Positions 24,900-37,454 of a DNA stretch of 64,000 nt are shown here, piece by piece (within the stretch, counting starts at the first letter, position 1; every line of letters starts with the position of its first letter). The notes under the pieces were generated by a model. It saw nothing but the letters and a program-made list of their open reading frames with translations, was not told the origin of the DNA and did not search any database. Location of the stretch: the NCBI GenBank assembly GCA_951406725.2, contig OX597820.1, forward strand, positions 29,450,001-29,514,000. The letters are read 5' to 3'. Position numbers and translations under genes: made by a program. This DNA is from Octopus vulgaris. Its lineage: Eukaryota.

Positions 24900-25270
24900 A
24901 GAAAGGGGCAGTGCATATGGCTTTTCAGGTCCTCAGAGATCAGTAAGACTGATGTCATTTATGTTCTTCTTGAGCCTTTGTAAGTCAATACCTGCAGGAA
25001 AAACGTGAACAGGAACTGAATTTCTGGAGATCAACATTCTGAGATGGAAAGATAGTGCATATTAATTAGGGCTTTGCACGATTAGACACATCAAAGGTAA
25101 TGAATGGAATGAAATGAGTGGAAGTGGCATGGGCCCAGCCAACTCTGAGGAGTAGAGGTCATAATAGTAGCGATAGAAGACACAGAGGGAGGAGCGAGGG
25201 AGCTCACCCGTAGGCCAGTGGTAGGAGCATTTCTATTAGTAATTTAATGCCAATCAGTCAGGTTACCCTT
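24900..25270 (-). mobile_element. CR1/Jockey-group LINE ORF2 3' fragment
   Basis: Minus strand SSLCVFYRYYYDLYSSELAG resembles the SLSLFYRYFHGxCSSEL motif. Confidence 0.55.
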
Positions 25271-26164
25271 TTTTATTTTGCAAATTAATGAAAATTATTT
25301 TCTTTGAAATTAAGTCCTAATTTCTTAAAAACGTTTTCCTTTTCATTGTGAGTCATTAACAATTATCACCAAATATTTCTCTCTTTCTCTTTCGCCTCTC
25401 TCTTTTTCTTCTTTCTCCCATCCCCTCTCTTCTTTTTCCTCTCCTCTTCTCTGTTTCTCTCTCCACCTAAAAGACAGATTTCAATTAAGAAATTTTTGTG
25501 TACATTATTTAGAACATCACCATAATCCTAAATTAACAAAAAATAAAGTCAACCATACATCTCATATAATCTGATTTCAATTAGGATTCATACGTCTCTT
25601 TGGTACATACAGGCAGCCATGTGGCCCAAGCAATTGATAATTTAAATTTTATTTCCTAAAGACACATTCACTCTACTTAAAAACTAAATGGCAAAATCGG
25701 TGCTAGCATACTTAATGGTGTAATCCAAGAAATTTCAATAATTAGAATTGAACCTGTAAGGAGAAAAACTCACTAAAGTCTGTTTTGAGCCCCCTTCAGG
25801 CCCATTAAGCCAGAGCTTATCAAGGTTTCATGGCATCAAAGTTATTGAGACTACAAGGCTCTGCACACCCACACACATACCTAAATAAAGCACCAGTTCA
25901 TTGGGGCTTGTATTTGTTCAAGGCGCTTGTACTTGTTTTAATCTGAGTGAAATGAAGTGCCTCGCTCAAAAGCTACAGTGCACAGCCCAGTCCAAGAATC
26001 TCACTCACAAGCTAATGATTATAAGCCCAATGCCAAAGCCAATGTGACACACTCTTCATTAGTTCGAGTTTGAAGGACTTTTGTGAAATATTACCTTGCT
26101 TGGAAACAGGTGTGGGCGGGGGTCACTCCCCTGGTTGGAAACCACCGATGTAAATGGACAGACA

Positions 26165-26934
26165 AGCATCATATCTCATAGCTTTGAGATTTCAATGATG
26201 TAATTGTTTATTTTTAAAATAACATTGCATAGGAGTGGCCGTGTGGTAAGTAGCTTGCTTACCAACCACATGGTTCAGGGTTCAGTCCCAGTATGTGGCA
26301 CCTAGGGCAAATGTCTTCTACTATAGCCTCGGGCCGACAAAAACCTTGTGAGTGGATTTGGTAGACGGAAACTGAAAGAAGCCTGTCGTATATATGTATA
26401 CATATATATATATATATATATGTATGTGTTTACATATGTTTGTGTGTCTGTGTTTGTCCCCCCAACATCGCTTGACAACCGATGCTGGTGTGTTTACGTC
26501 CCCGTAACTTAGCGGTTCGGCAAAAAATAGACCGATAGACTAAGTACTAGGCTTACAAAGAATAAGTCCTGGGGTCGATTTGCTCGACTAAAGGCGGTGC
26601 TCCAGCATGGCCGCAGTCAAATGACTGAAACAAGTAAAAGAGTAGAGTAGGTGTGAGAGGCCAAATCTGGTCAGTTTGAAGATAAAACAGGTAGATTATT
26701 TTGGCCAATTTAAATGCTAAAGGGTTAAACCAGCCATATCCAGCCCAAATTTTCTACCTGTTTTATGTTCAAAACAGCCAGGTCTGGCCTTTCACATCTA
26801 TTCTACAGTGTGATTCTAAAAATTAACAATCACATCATTGAGACCTCAAAACTATAAGATGGTGCATGACTAATTCAAAAAGTGGGAATAAATGAGGATT
26901 ACATTTGACAGAAATCTGAATGCTTAAGGATTAA
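26165..26934. mobile_element. Two oppositely oriented piggyBac-like MITE copies meeting at TTAA 26725-26728; left one interrupted by SINE-A
   Basis: ...taaatgctaaagggTTAA then reverse-complement body ending gaatgcttaaggaTTAA. Confidence 0.6.
26231..26646 (+). mobile_element. SINE-A copy, near full length
   Basis: aggagtggccgtgtggtaagtagc ... caagtaaaagagtag. Confidence 0.9.
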
Positions 26935-27421
26935 AGTCATCTGAATTAAAACCTTCCTTCAAAATTTTTTGCTAATCTGTGTTCCAAACTTGAGCTTAAT
27001 GATGACAAATTTATTTTACCAAATTCTCTATTTTCAAAATTAATTGAAACAAAAGGCCTTGTATTTCAACGAAATTATGGTAACAAAAGACCTGAAGTTT
27101 CCAGTTGTGGCTCATTGAGCCTACATGGTGTACAACATTTGCATTTTAATTATAAATCGTTAGCTGTCATCTGATCACTCTGATTCATTAATTAATTACC
27201 AATATCAATCTCATTGAGCATCCATTATCTACCTCTGTAGGCTTTTCTCATTTAGTCTATGAATATCTTTCTTTGTGTGTGTGTGTGTGCTTGTACAAGT
27301 GTTTGTGTGTGTGTGTGTGTGTGTGTGTGCCTGTACAAGTGTTTGTGCATGTGTGTGTGTGTTAACATATGTGAGCATATGTCCATATGTACATGGTTGT
27401 TAATATTATGTCACATAGTAA

Positions 27422-27850
27422 GACAGTGAGTTGACAGAAATGTTAGCACGCTGGGCGAAATGCTTAGCGGTATTTCGTCTACTGTTACATTCTGAGTTCA
27501 AATTCCGCCGAGGTCGACTTTGCCTTTCATCCTTTCAGGGTTGATAAATTAAGTACCAGTTATGGACTGGGGTCGATGTAATCAACTTTAATCCCTTTGT
27601 TTGTCCTTGTTTCTCCCCTCTATGTTTAGCCCCTTGTGGGCAATGAAGAAATAAGAAACATTTGCATGCTAAGCAAAATGCTTAGCAGCATTTCGTCCGA
27701 CTTTGCAACCTGAGTTCAAATTCTGCCAAGGTTGACTTTGCCTTTCATCCTTTCGGGGTTGATAAAATAAGTACCAATTGAGCACCGGGATCAATGTAAT
27801 CTATTTACACCCTCCCCCAAACTTGCTGACCTTGTGCCAAAGCCTGAAAT
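27422..27850 (+). mobile_element. Head-to-tail SINE-B dimer
   Basis: Two SINE-B cores joined at gaaataagaaac (about 27655). Confidence 0.85.
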
Positions 27851-28006
27851 TGGTATTGCATCACATGTTTGGGTGTATGTGACTGATGTTTGGGCATGTA
27901 TTGGTTGACATCTGGCTTTATGCTGCTGACATCTTGTGTGTAGGTAACATTAGCAACACATGGGTGGGTTTAAATATACATGTGGGTGATGTATTAATTG
28001 TCACTA

Positions 28007-28254
28007 AATATGACTGAGGTTTTAGAAATACCTATATTGCTAGAAATAGGAGCTAAATGCACTAATACTGTAGTCAAAGCACATAATTGTATACATATAT
28101 ACTGACAAGGACTATAATTGCTTGAACAGTGTTTTCAGGTGATTATAGTCCCTGCCAGTATATATGCATACAATTATGTGTGTTGACAACAGCATTAGAG
28201 CATTTTAGTTCTTATTTCTAGCAATGTTGGTGTTTCTAACACCCTAGTCATATT
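28007..28254. repeat. Long foldback inverted repeat (~120-bp arms, ~5-7 nt loop)
   Basis: aatatgactgagg...ggactataattgcttgaa pairs with ttcaggtgattatagtcc...ctagtcatatt. Confidence 0.9.
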
Positions 28255-28290
28255 AATTTTGTATGTGTGTGTGTATATATATATATATAT

Positions 28291-28510
28291 TGCGGGAAGG
28301 ACTGTTTCAATGAAGTCGCGTATTGTTCTTGCTTTCAAAACGCAGAGTAGATGAAACAGGAACAACTGATGAAGGGGAATATTCTTTATGTTGCAGGTCT
28401 CGTTTCTCTGGGTTTTTTTTTTTTTGTTAGAAAAAAAGTTCGTTTTCTATGTTTTTGTTCCTCATTGTGTTCAACGTTTTTTTTAATGTCCTGTACCCAT
28501 ATAAACCTGT
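28291..28510 (+). mobile_element. Short relic embedded in (TA)n, with SECIS-like hairpin and CTGATGA (Penelope/Naiad-like)
   Basis: ctgtttca ATGAA gtcgcgtattg...caaaacgcagagt AGAT gaaacag gaacaa CTGATGA. Confidence 0.4.
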
Positions 28511-28600
28511 ATATGTACATATATATGTAGGTATGTACATATATATGTATGTATCTATGCATATATTTATTATTTATATTATTATTATTATTATTTTTAT

Positions 28601-28668
<68 letters not shown>

Positions 28669-29331
28669 ATACAAGTATTGTTAATGTCATTTTGCTTCTC
28701 AGTGGTGCTTTCTCTGCATGTGTGTGCATGTGACATACTTATTAAAATATACATGATGGCAATAATACATGTGTAGCATCACTGTTGTTTAGGTAACATT
28801 ATTAACACACGTGGGTGGTATTACAAGAATGTGTGTATGTGTATTACTAACATATTGTTAATCTCACTGTGTTTTTCAGCAGTACTCTGTGTGCGTGCAA
28901 CAGGTTTACTAATCTATACATATTGGCAGTAATATGTATGCAACTATACTACCGAGATATACATAATGGGTATTATAGCTTCTGCATAGACCATTTGATA
29001 TATGCACATGTCACATAAATCATCCTCTGGTTTTCTTTGCCTTAAGAGTCAATTTACAACTCCCACTTTTTCTTTTCCTACACATTGGATTCTAATAGAT
29101 TTTCATGTATTGATATTGTTTAGCTTTTCCAGTTCCAAGAAATTCTATTATTCGACAAATGAAAATAATTTATTAATTGAAACCAGGGAACTCACTTGGC
29201 TGTAAAGTCAGAGTACTTAGTGTTGGTTCTACAATGGGGCTGAATTCAAAAATTATGTGGTTGTGAAGTAAAAGCCTTATTTCTGTAAGGGTAGGCAAGG
29301 CTGTGTTTTTTGGGGGTTTTTTTCTGTAAGG

Positions 29332-29507
29332 GCAGGCAAGAAGCTCACTTTGCAACCACATAGTTTTGAGTTCAGTTCCACTACATGACCATCTTGGCCA
29401 AGGGTCTTCTAGAACTACATCCCTGGGCCAACTAAAGCCTTGTGAGTGAATTTGGTTGACAGAAATTTTGTAGAAGTCCATTGACTACATCTGTACAAAT
29501 GTGTGTG

Positions 29508-29572
<65 letters not shown>

Positions 29573-29750
29573 GTGTGTATGTATGTATGTATGTGTGTAT
29601 TTATTTGTCTCCCCCAATACAAGCAGACCACTTGACAACCAGGGTAGACTTATTTACATCCCATAACTTAGTGGTTCAGGAAAAGACACCAATAGAATAA
29701 GTACTAGGTTTTAAAAATAAGCATTGGGATCAATTTGTTCAACTAAACTT
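29332..29750 (+). mobile_element. SINE-A copy (diverged)
   Basis: caaccacatag...ccttgtgagtgaatttgg...aatagaataagtactagg. Confidence 0.75.
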
Positions 29751-29751
29751 T

Positions 29752-30588
29752 TCTGAGTTCAAATTCCGCCGAGGTCGACTTTGCCTTTCATCCTTTCGGG
29801 GTCAATTAAATAAGTACTAGTTACACACTGGGGTCAATATAATCGACTTAATCTGTTTGTCTGTCCTCTCTGTATTTAGCCCCTTGTGGGTAGTAAAGAA
29901 ATAGGTATCAACTAGCCCCAACTCCAACCCTCATCTCCTCTCGAAAATGCTAGCCTTGTGCTAAAATTAGTAGTTTTATTTCTGCTTTTTTACATTCTGA
30001 TTTCAAATCCTGCTGAGGTCAGATTTGGCTTTCATCCTTTTGGGAGTCAGTGAAATATGGTCGCAGCCAAGTGTTGGCTTCTATGTAATCAAGTAACCGC
30101 TTCTCCCTAAAGTTGCTGGCCTTGTGCCAAAATTAGAAAGACTTATTATTATTATTATCTATTGTTTCATGGTAAGATGATGTATTGTGCTAATGTATTG
30201 TTTTGTAAGTCTAAAACGTCCAAGATGAATTGTTACTAATAAGATTATAATTTTTCGGACTGTTGAACTCGTCTTTAAAGATGAAACATTTTAATATTTA
30301 CGGCCACGCTACGTTTCGATCGGTTTGATTTCCTGATGACAGAGATCAGACCGATCGAAACTTAGGGCAGAATGTAAATATTAAAAATCATTTCATCTCC
30401 AGAGATGAGGTTAATAGACCACAAATTTATAATCTTGTTGCGAATAAAAGAAAATCATCATATCTATTATTATTATCATCATTATTATTATTATTACTAT
30501 TATTATTATTATTATTATTTCTGTTTTAAGTCAATTCAATCAATTATATCTCTCCACTAGAAATTTGTTAATTTGTGCCCACGTAAGA

Positions 30589-30632
<44 letters not shown>

Positions 30633-31290
30633 GGTGGCGAGCTGGCAGAATCGTTAGCACGCTGGATGAAATGCTTAGCGATACTTCGCCTGTTGCTACG
30701 TTCTGAGTTCAAATTCCACTGAGGTTGACTTTGCCTTTCATCCTTTCGGGGTCGATAAATTAAGTATCAGTGAAATACTGAGGTCGACATAATTGACTAG
30801 TCCCCACCCAGACAAATTTGAGCCCTTGTACCTCCAGTAGAAAGGATTATCATCATCATCATCATTATTACTGTGCTGAGCAAAATGCTTAGCAGTGTTC
30901 CACCCATCTTTGTGCTCTGAGTTCAAATTCCAACAAGGTTAACTTTGCCTTTCATCCTTTTGGGGGTCGATAAAATAAGCAACCAGTTGAGCACTGGAGT
31001 CGTTGTAATTGACTTACCCCACTCCTCCAAAATTGCTGTCCCTGTGCCAAAATTTGAAGCCATCATTATTATTAAGGCAATGAACTGGCAGAATCATAGC
31101 ACATTGGACAAAATGCATAATGGCATTTCTTCCAGTTTTTTAAATTTTGAGTTCGAATTCCTCTGAGATCAACTTTGCCTTTCATCCTTACAGGGTCAAT
31201 AAAGTAATATTCTATTTGAGCACTGGCGTAGATATAATCGACTTTCCCCTCCCCTCAAAATTGCTGGCCTTGTGCCAAAATTAGAAAGTA
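29752..31290 (+). mobile_element. Cluster of five SINE-B copies (about 29752-29905, 29990-30140, 30632-30845, 30870-31060, 31074-31290) with (ATT)n spacers
   Basis: Repeated gagttcaaattcc...tttgcctttcatccttt...ccttgtgccaaaatt. Confidence 0.85.
30238..30439. repeat. ~200-bp palindrome with central CTGATGA...GAAAC motif
   Basis: aataagattataa...gtttcgatcggtttgatttc / gagatcagaccgatcgaaac...ttataatcttgtt. Confidence 0.85.
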
Positions 31291-31505
31291 TTATTATTAT
31301 TATCATTATAAGTAGCAGTAGTAGTAGTATAACAGTGGTGGATTGCACATAAGAACATGATAAACATAGACAAACCCTACAAACACATATTCTGATAAAC
31401 AGTCAAAAACCTACAACAAACATATATAGTACACTTCCTCTCTTTCCCAATCTCTCTAGCTGCATATATATATATATATATATATTCTTTTTTATATATA
31501 TATAC

Positions 31506-31547
<42 letters not shown>

Positions 31548-31841
31548 TATCCCGCATACATACAGAAATATAATTTTTTTTATTTACCCTCCTATTGTCT
31601 CTCGAACCTTTGATTTGTAAAAACACCTCCTCCTCCCTCCAATATCATCTCATTTTCTACTCTTCCTTTGCCCCTCTTTATGTTACTTGCTTTGGTTTTT
31701 GTCATTGTGGTTGCAGTCTGAACAACATAGAATCCACTGTTACGATTGTGATTGTGGGATTTGGAAATCAGTGTTGCTGAATCTGAAAAGCTGTGCACAG
31801 ACACATGTACCTCTTTATTATTATCATCATATTATTTCATT

Positions 31842-32172
31842 CTTTTACTTTGTTTCACTCACTTGACTGCAGCCATGCTGGAGTACCGCCTTTAGTTTAA
31901 CAAATCAACCCCTGGACTTATTCTATTGGTCAATTTTGCTAAACTGCTAAGTTACGGGGACATAAACACACCAACATCAGTTGACAAGCGATGGTGGGGA
32001 TACAAACACAGACACGCAAATAATATATATATATATATATATATATATGACAGGATTCTTTCAGCTTTGGTCGGCCTGAGGCTATAATAGAAGACACTTG
32101 CCCAAGATGCTATGCTGTGGCACTGAACCTGGAACCATGTGGTTAGGAAGCAAGCTTCTTACCACACAACCA
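31842..32172 (-). mobile_element. SINE-A copy
   Basis: Reverse complement of SINE-A. Confidence 0.8.
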
Positions 32173-32269
32173 TAGTGATGTTTATTTTATTCCTCTACAT
32201 TCTAAGATCAAATCCTATTAGAGTTGACTATTTCTTTTTATCTGCTTTAATTTTGGCAATATATCGTGC

Positions 32270-32505
32270 TTAAGAAGACCTGTCAAGGTAAGTGAGATCA
32301 CAGTCGTGACCAATGGCATTTAAAAAGCACCCTCTACACTCTTGGAGTGGTTGGCATTAGTAAGGGCATCTAGCCATAGAAACCATGCCAAATCAGATTG
32401 GAACCTGGTGTGACACTCCAGCTTGCCAGTTTTCAGTCAAACCATCCAACCCATGCCAGCATGGAAAACAGATGTTATGATGATGATGATGATGATGATG
32501 ATGAC
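32270..32505 (+). mobile_element. Family C RTE 3' end
   Basis: gagtggttggcattagtaagggcatc...catggaaaacagatgttatgatgatg. Confidence 0.75.
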
Positions 32506-32837
32506 AGTTGGTGGTGGTGACAGCAGCAGCAGCAGTGGCAAGCCCCAGAGCAGTCCTGATGGGGAGAACTATGACTAGAGACGTTCCAACTATGGCCACC
32601 TAGTCTTTTCCCTCAGACACAGTGCTCCCAGGACTACATTATCTAATGTGTTCTTCTTTTCTAAGTTAACAGGGTGAGATTAAAATGGCAAACTGGCCAA
32701 TTCTTTAGAGCACCAGATAGATTGCTTTGCAGTATTCATTTCACTACTCTACTCCCTGCCAAGATCAACCATTCCGTTCATACTTTTGAGGTAAAAACAA
32801 AAGTACCAGTCCTGTGTTGGGGACCATTCTCTTTTTT

Positions 32838-32911
<74 letters not shown>

Positions 32912-34929
32912 AAGGCAGATTTGGTGGTGGTCAGATCTGGAGATAGATGGGCTAAAATAAAAACAGATTGGGGTGCTTAAGTTAAAACGCACTATATTGC
33001 ATGAGGGTGCTCCCACCCCAACTGTTCTCATCAGCTCAAGACCCAAGGCAAGGAAAAGGTGAGGTTGAGGATAATTTGGTTGCTATTTCTAGCAAATTGA
33101 AAGGTCATAGAGAGGCTCCCATTTAGACTTATGTGGATCTGTTATTGATTCCCAGGTTTTTTGAACATCTGTTTTAATGGCTTTTCTTATGGTTCCCACA
33201 TCAACAGTGATACAAGAGGGTTCACAAACATACCCCAAAGTTCTTCTCGCTTCCTTGACCAGACGTAGAGCCCATTCTTCTTATGTTACTTTCACTTCAG
33301 TTGTGCTGCCGTGTGATTTAACAGAATCTCTATGATTCTGCATACCTTTCTGTTTATTTGCTCCATTATGACAATAACTGGCTTCCATACCTTTATTATG
33401 TGGTCCATCAGTTTATACTGATAAATGCCACAGGATTTCAATCATTTTTTCCCCCCTGTTTTGTTTCCTTTTTGTTTTTGTTTCTTCGTCTGAAGCTGGT
33501 TCTGTTCTTTGTTTTTGTCTTTTCCTTCTTATCGAGATTAAAATCCACTAATCATATTGTGTATATTTTTCCTTTCTGTGTAATGTCTACTCATACCATT
33601 TTCTTTTTCTTTTCTGTATATACCTTGTATATATATATTCTCACATAAGATGATTCTCACTTTTGTCTACTTTGCATCATATCCGACACTTATCTGGCTT
33701 CCGTAATATAATTGTATATATGTGTGTATGTATGTAGGTATTTATATAGTTATATATATATTTATATATACATATAGTTATATTCTTTTTAACAAGGTTT
33801 GTTCAGTTTTATTATGTTTTATTTAATCTTACATCATCTTTTAGCCAAGAATGCTATCATTTCTCCTACTACATCTGTTTGCCTGACAAATACTCCATTT
33901 TTCTTCCCTCTTGTTTCTCTGTCTTTTTTGTTCTTTCTCTTTTTTTTTCATATTTACTGTAATATTTCCTGGCTTTTCATTTTTCCTCAACATAAGTTTG
34001 GTAGATCAAACAGGAGAAAGAGAACTCACTGCATGCGTATGCGTAGGTATGTGTGTACATACATATATACACACATACATACCTGCATACATATATATAT
34101 ATGTACTTGTGTATGTATGTGTATATATATGTATGTGTATATATATAGGCAGCGTCCAACTTGTGTTATTTGTAGCATTATCTGCATCAAGATGCATCAT
34201 TCATGAAAGAATTATTTTACGTTCTCTCAGAGTTTATCAAATCTTATGATGTCAGCAACATATATATACGCATATAGATGTATACACACACACACACACA
34301 CACACGTATATATATATATATATATATACATACACACACATGCAAGAAAGAGGGTGCTGAAATGCTCCTGGCTTTGGGTAAAAGAAAATACAGGATCAGT
34401 TAATTACGATTTTATTTGATGTATTCACCTCTTGGATTCACACACTTATTGCAGCTGTCCTTCAGTTTTTCTAAGCCCTATAAAGAACTCGGAAGGTTGG
34501 GCCTCCAACTAGGCCTTTCAGAATACTCTTAAAAAGGGCATCTAGCCATAGAAAACCTGCCGTAATAAACTCCGTCCAACCCATGCAAACATGGAAAAGT
34601 GCTCATTAAAACAATTCTGATGATGATGATGATGATGGTAAAATCTTACCCAGATCCCCACCTTGGAGAAGAACTACACCAGTGTAGATATGTGGTCAAC
34701 TCTGACCACCACAGACTTTAAAGCAGTGTTTCTCAACCATGAGCCCTTTTGATTCCTATGTTACTCTACTGGATGCCCATAACCATTCAATGTTTCTAAA
34801 AAAAATCCCATTAGATTTTTATAATTAAATATTATTTAGAATTGTATAAAAATTTTTAATATTTTTTGTATTATAGAAGTATAGCCAATTTATTGCAGAT
34901 ACATTTTAACAACAAAACCTGCCTTAGAG

Positions 34930-35274
34930 CAGTTGTTCTCAAATGGAGTCCACGTGGCCCCTGAGGGTCCATAGTAGATTTTTGGGCTCCACACAACAAT
35001 AGTGAATTGGTGATCCATAATAGTATTCAATGGCCCCTGAAAAAATTTTTCTTCAGGTGTGTGTGTTGCTATGTATTGCAAGAACCAGCTAGGTTTCTTT
35101 GTCTAACAATTTACATGGTTTAACTTACACAAGATAATGTATAAATACAAAATAGGAATTTTTTAAAGAAGTTCCGATAAAACTAGTTTTTCAACATCGA
35201 ATGACTGTGGGTGTCCACCAGAATAAAATAGTAATCAAAGGGGTCCATAGATACTTGATAGTTGAGAATCCCTG
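34930..35274. mobile_element. hAT (Charlie-type) MITE, nested in or abutting an older hAT MITE starting at 34724
   Basis: cagttgttctcaaa ... gttgagaatccctg; perfect 8-bp TSD ccttagag at 34922-34929 and 35275-35282. Confidence 0.85.
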
Positions 35275-35604
35275 CCTTAGAGTATTATTTCTTAGAAACA
35301 AGGCACTAAACATTAATGGCTTTCTAGTGTATACATCCAGTTCATTTAATTTATTGTCTACAGCAGATAGTCTTCACAGAGGGTGGGATGAGTTAGCAGA
35401 AATGATGGATGACTTGACTGAATTTCTCTCAGTATCTGGTTGTTCTGATTCTGGATTTTTTTTTTTTTAAATTTTATTACAATGCATTAATGCTTACTTT
35501 ATCTGTTGCCTCTCATATCTCTTTGACATTGATAAATGAACACCAGGCATGAACTGGGGTTTATCAAAAAATGCTGTACGCTTCCTTTACAAATTTCATG
35601 GAAG

Positions 35605-36325
35605 TGTTGGAGCTTGCAGAATTGTTAGCACATTAAACGAAATGTTTAGCAACATTTCATCCATCATTATGTTGTAGAAAGTTCATAAGTTCAAATTCTA
35701 TCAGTCAACTTTGCTTTTCATCCTTTCAGGATTGATAAAGTAAGTACCAGTTGAGCACTGGTGTCCATGTAATCAACTAGCTTCCCTCCCCGCAAATTTC
35801 AGGCTTTGTGTCTGTAGCAGAAGGGATTATTGTTGTTGTTGCTGTTGTTATTGTTATTATTATGATGGTGAACTGGCAGAATTGTTAGCTTACCTGACAA
35901 AATGCTTAACCCTTTTGTTACTATATTTCTGACCAAAATACACCCCTCATGAGTTTCAATTAAATTCTAAAATAATCATTAAACAACTGTAACTTTTTTT
36001 TACTTATCAACATATTAATATGATATTTGGAACATAATTAAAGAAAGGGTTCTTAATCAATTCTATTGCATAACTTTTATCTCAAAGTGACTTTAATTAC
36101 AAGTAAATCCAGATAAACTGAGCAAAAGGTAAAAATATTAAAATTTTGTTTAATGGCATCTCATCCCACTTTGTTCTGACTTCAAATTCCTCCAAGGCCA
36201 ACATTGCCTTTCATCCTATTGGAATTGATTAAATAAATAAATACCAGTTGAGCACTAGGGTCAATGAAATTCACTAACTCCCTCCCCAAAAATTACAGGT
36301 CATGTGCTTATAATAGAAAGAAATG
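35605..36325 (+). mobile_element. Two SINE-B copies; the second interrupted by a TTAA-type MITE (about 35910-36150)
   Basis: SINE-B cores; aaatgcTTAAcccttttgttac insertion. Confidence 0.7.
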
Positions 36326-36734
36326 ATTATTGGATTTTTCATTGCAGTGTATTGTTGATGGTTAGTTTTCTGTTAATATAACCATATTGCAGGTGTTTTC
36401 TTTGTCAGCTGATTAAACACTGCTCTTGTTTGTAGTATAAGTTATGTGACCATATAATTCTCAATAAAATCCTATAATTCTCCATAAAATCCTGTGAAAA
36501 ATACACACAGGCAGTTAAGTACAATTATGGTTGTATGGATACAAGCTTCACTTTGTGGCCACAGGATCTTGAGTTCTATCTCACTGCCTGGTACTTTCAG
36601 CTAGAGTCCTCTAACATAACCATGGGCCATCTAATGCCTGGTGAGTGGAATTGATAGATAGAACTTGATAGAAGCCTCTTGAATGTATGTGTGTGTGGTG
36701 TATCTGTCTACCTGTATGTATGTATGTATGTATT

Positions 36735-36962
36735 CTTTTATTTGTTTCAGTCATTTGACTGCAGCCATGCTAGAGCACCACCTTTAGTTGAACAAATCAA
36801 CCCCAGGACTTATTCTTTGTAAACCTTGTACTTATTCTGTCAGTCTCTTTTGCTGAACCGCTAAGTTATGGGGGACATAAACACACCATCATCAGTTGTC
36901 AAGCAATGATGGTGGGGGGGCAAACATTCACGTACACACACACACACGCACACACACACACG

Positions 36963-37000
<38 letters not shown>

Positions 37001-37156
37001 CACGACAGGCTTCTTTCAGTTTCTATCTACCAAATCCACTTGCAAGTCTTTTTGTCGGCCCAAGGCTATAGTAGAAGACACTTGCCCAAGGTGGCACGCA
37101 GTGGGACTGAACCTGGAACCATGTGATTGGTGAGCAAGCTATTTACCACACAGCCA
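36735..37156 (-). mobile_element. SINE-A copy
   Basis: Reverse complement of SINE-A. Confidence 0.9.
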
Positions 37157-37454
37157 GTATATATATATATATATATATATAGGTTATAAAGTGAGATAGG
37201 GGTTGAATTCAACCCACCATGGGATAATATATATCCAATATACTGCCAGATAGGTACCCAACAAGATTAAATGGAGAAACATACTTAAATCAATAAAACA
37301 TCAACTATCCGATGATACCCAATCAATACTTTATATATATATATATATAATAATCATGTAATCATCCAATATCCATCTGCATGGATTGGACAATTTGATA
37401 GTATCCAATGAACTGGAGAACTGTCAAACTCTCAATGTCTGTTTTGGCATTACT

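Noticed and set aside
25600-25760. Two minus-strand exon-like segments (42 and 45 nt) with AG/GT boundaries
   Set aside because: Incompatible phases, no recognisable homology, and expected by chance in AT-rich DNA.
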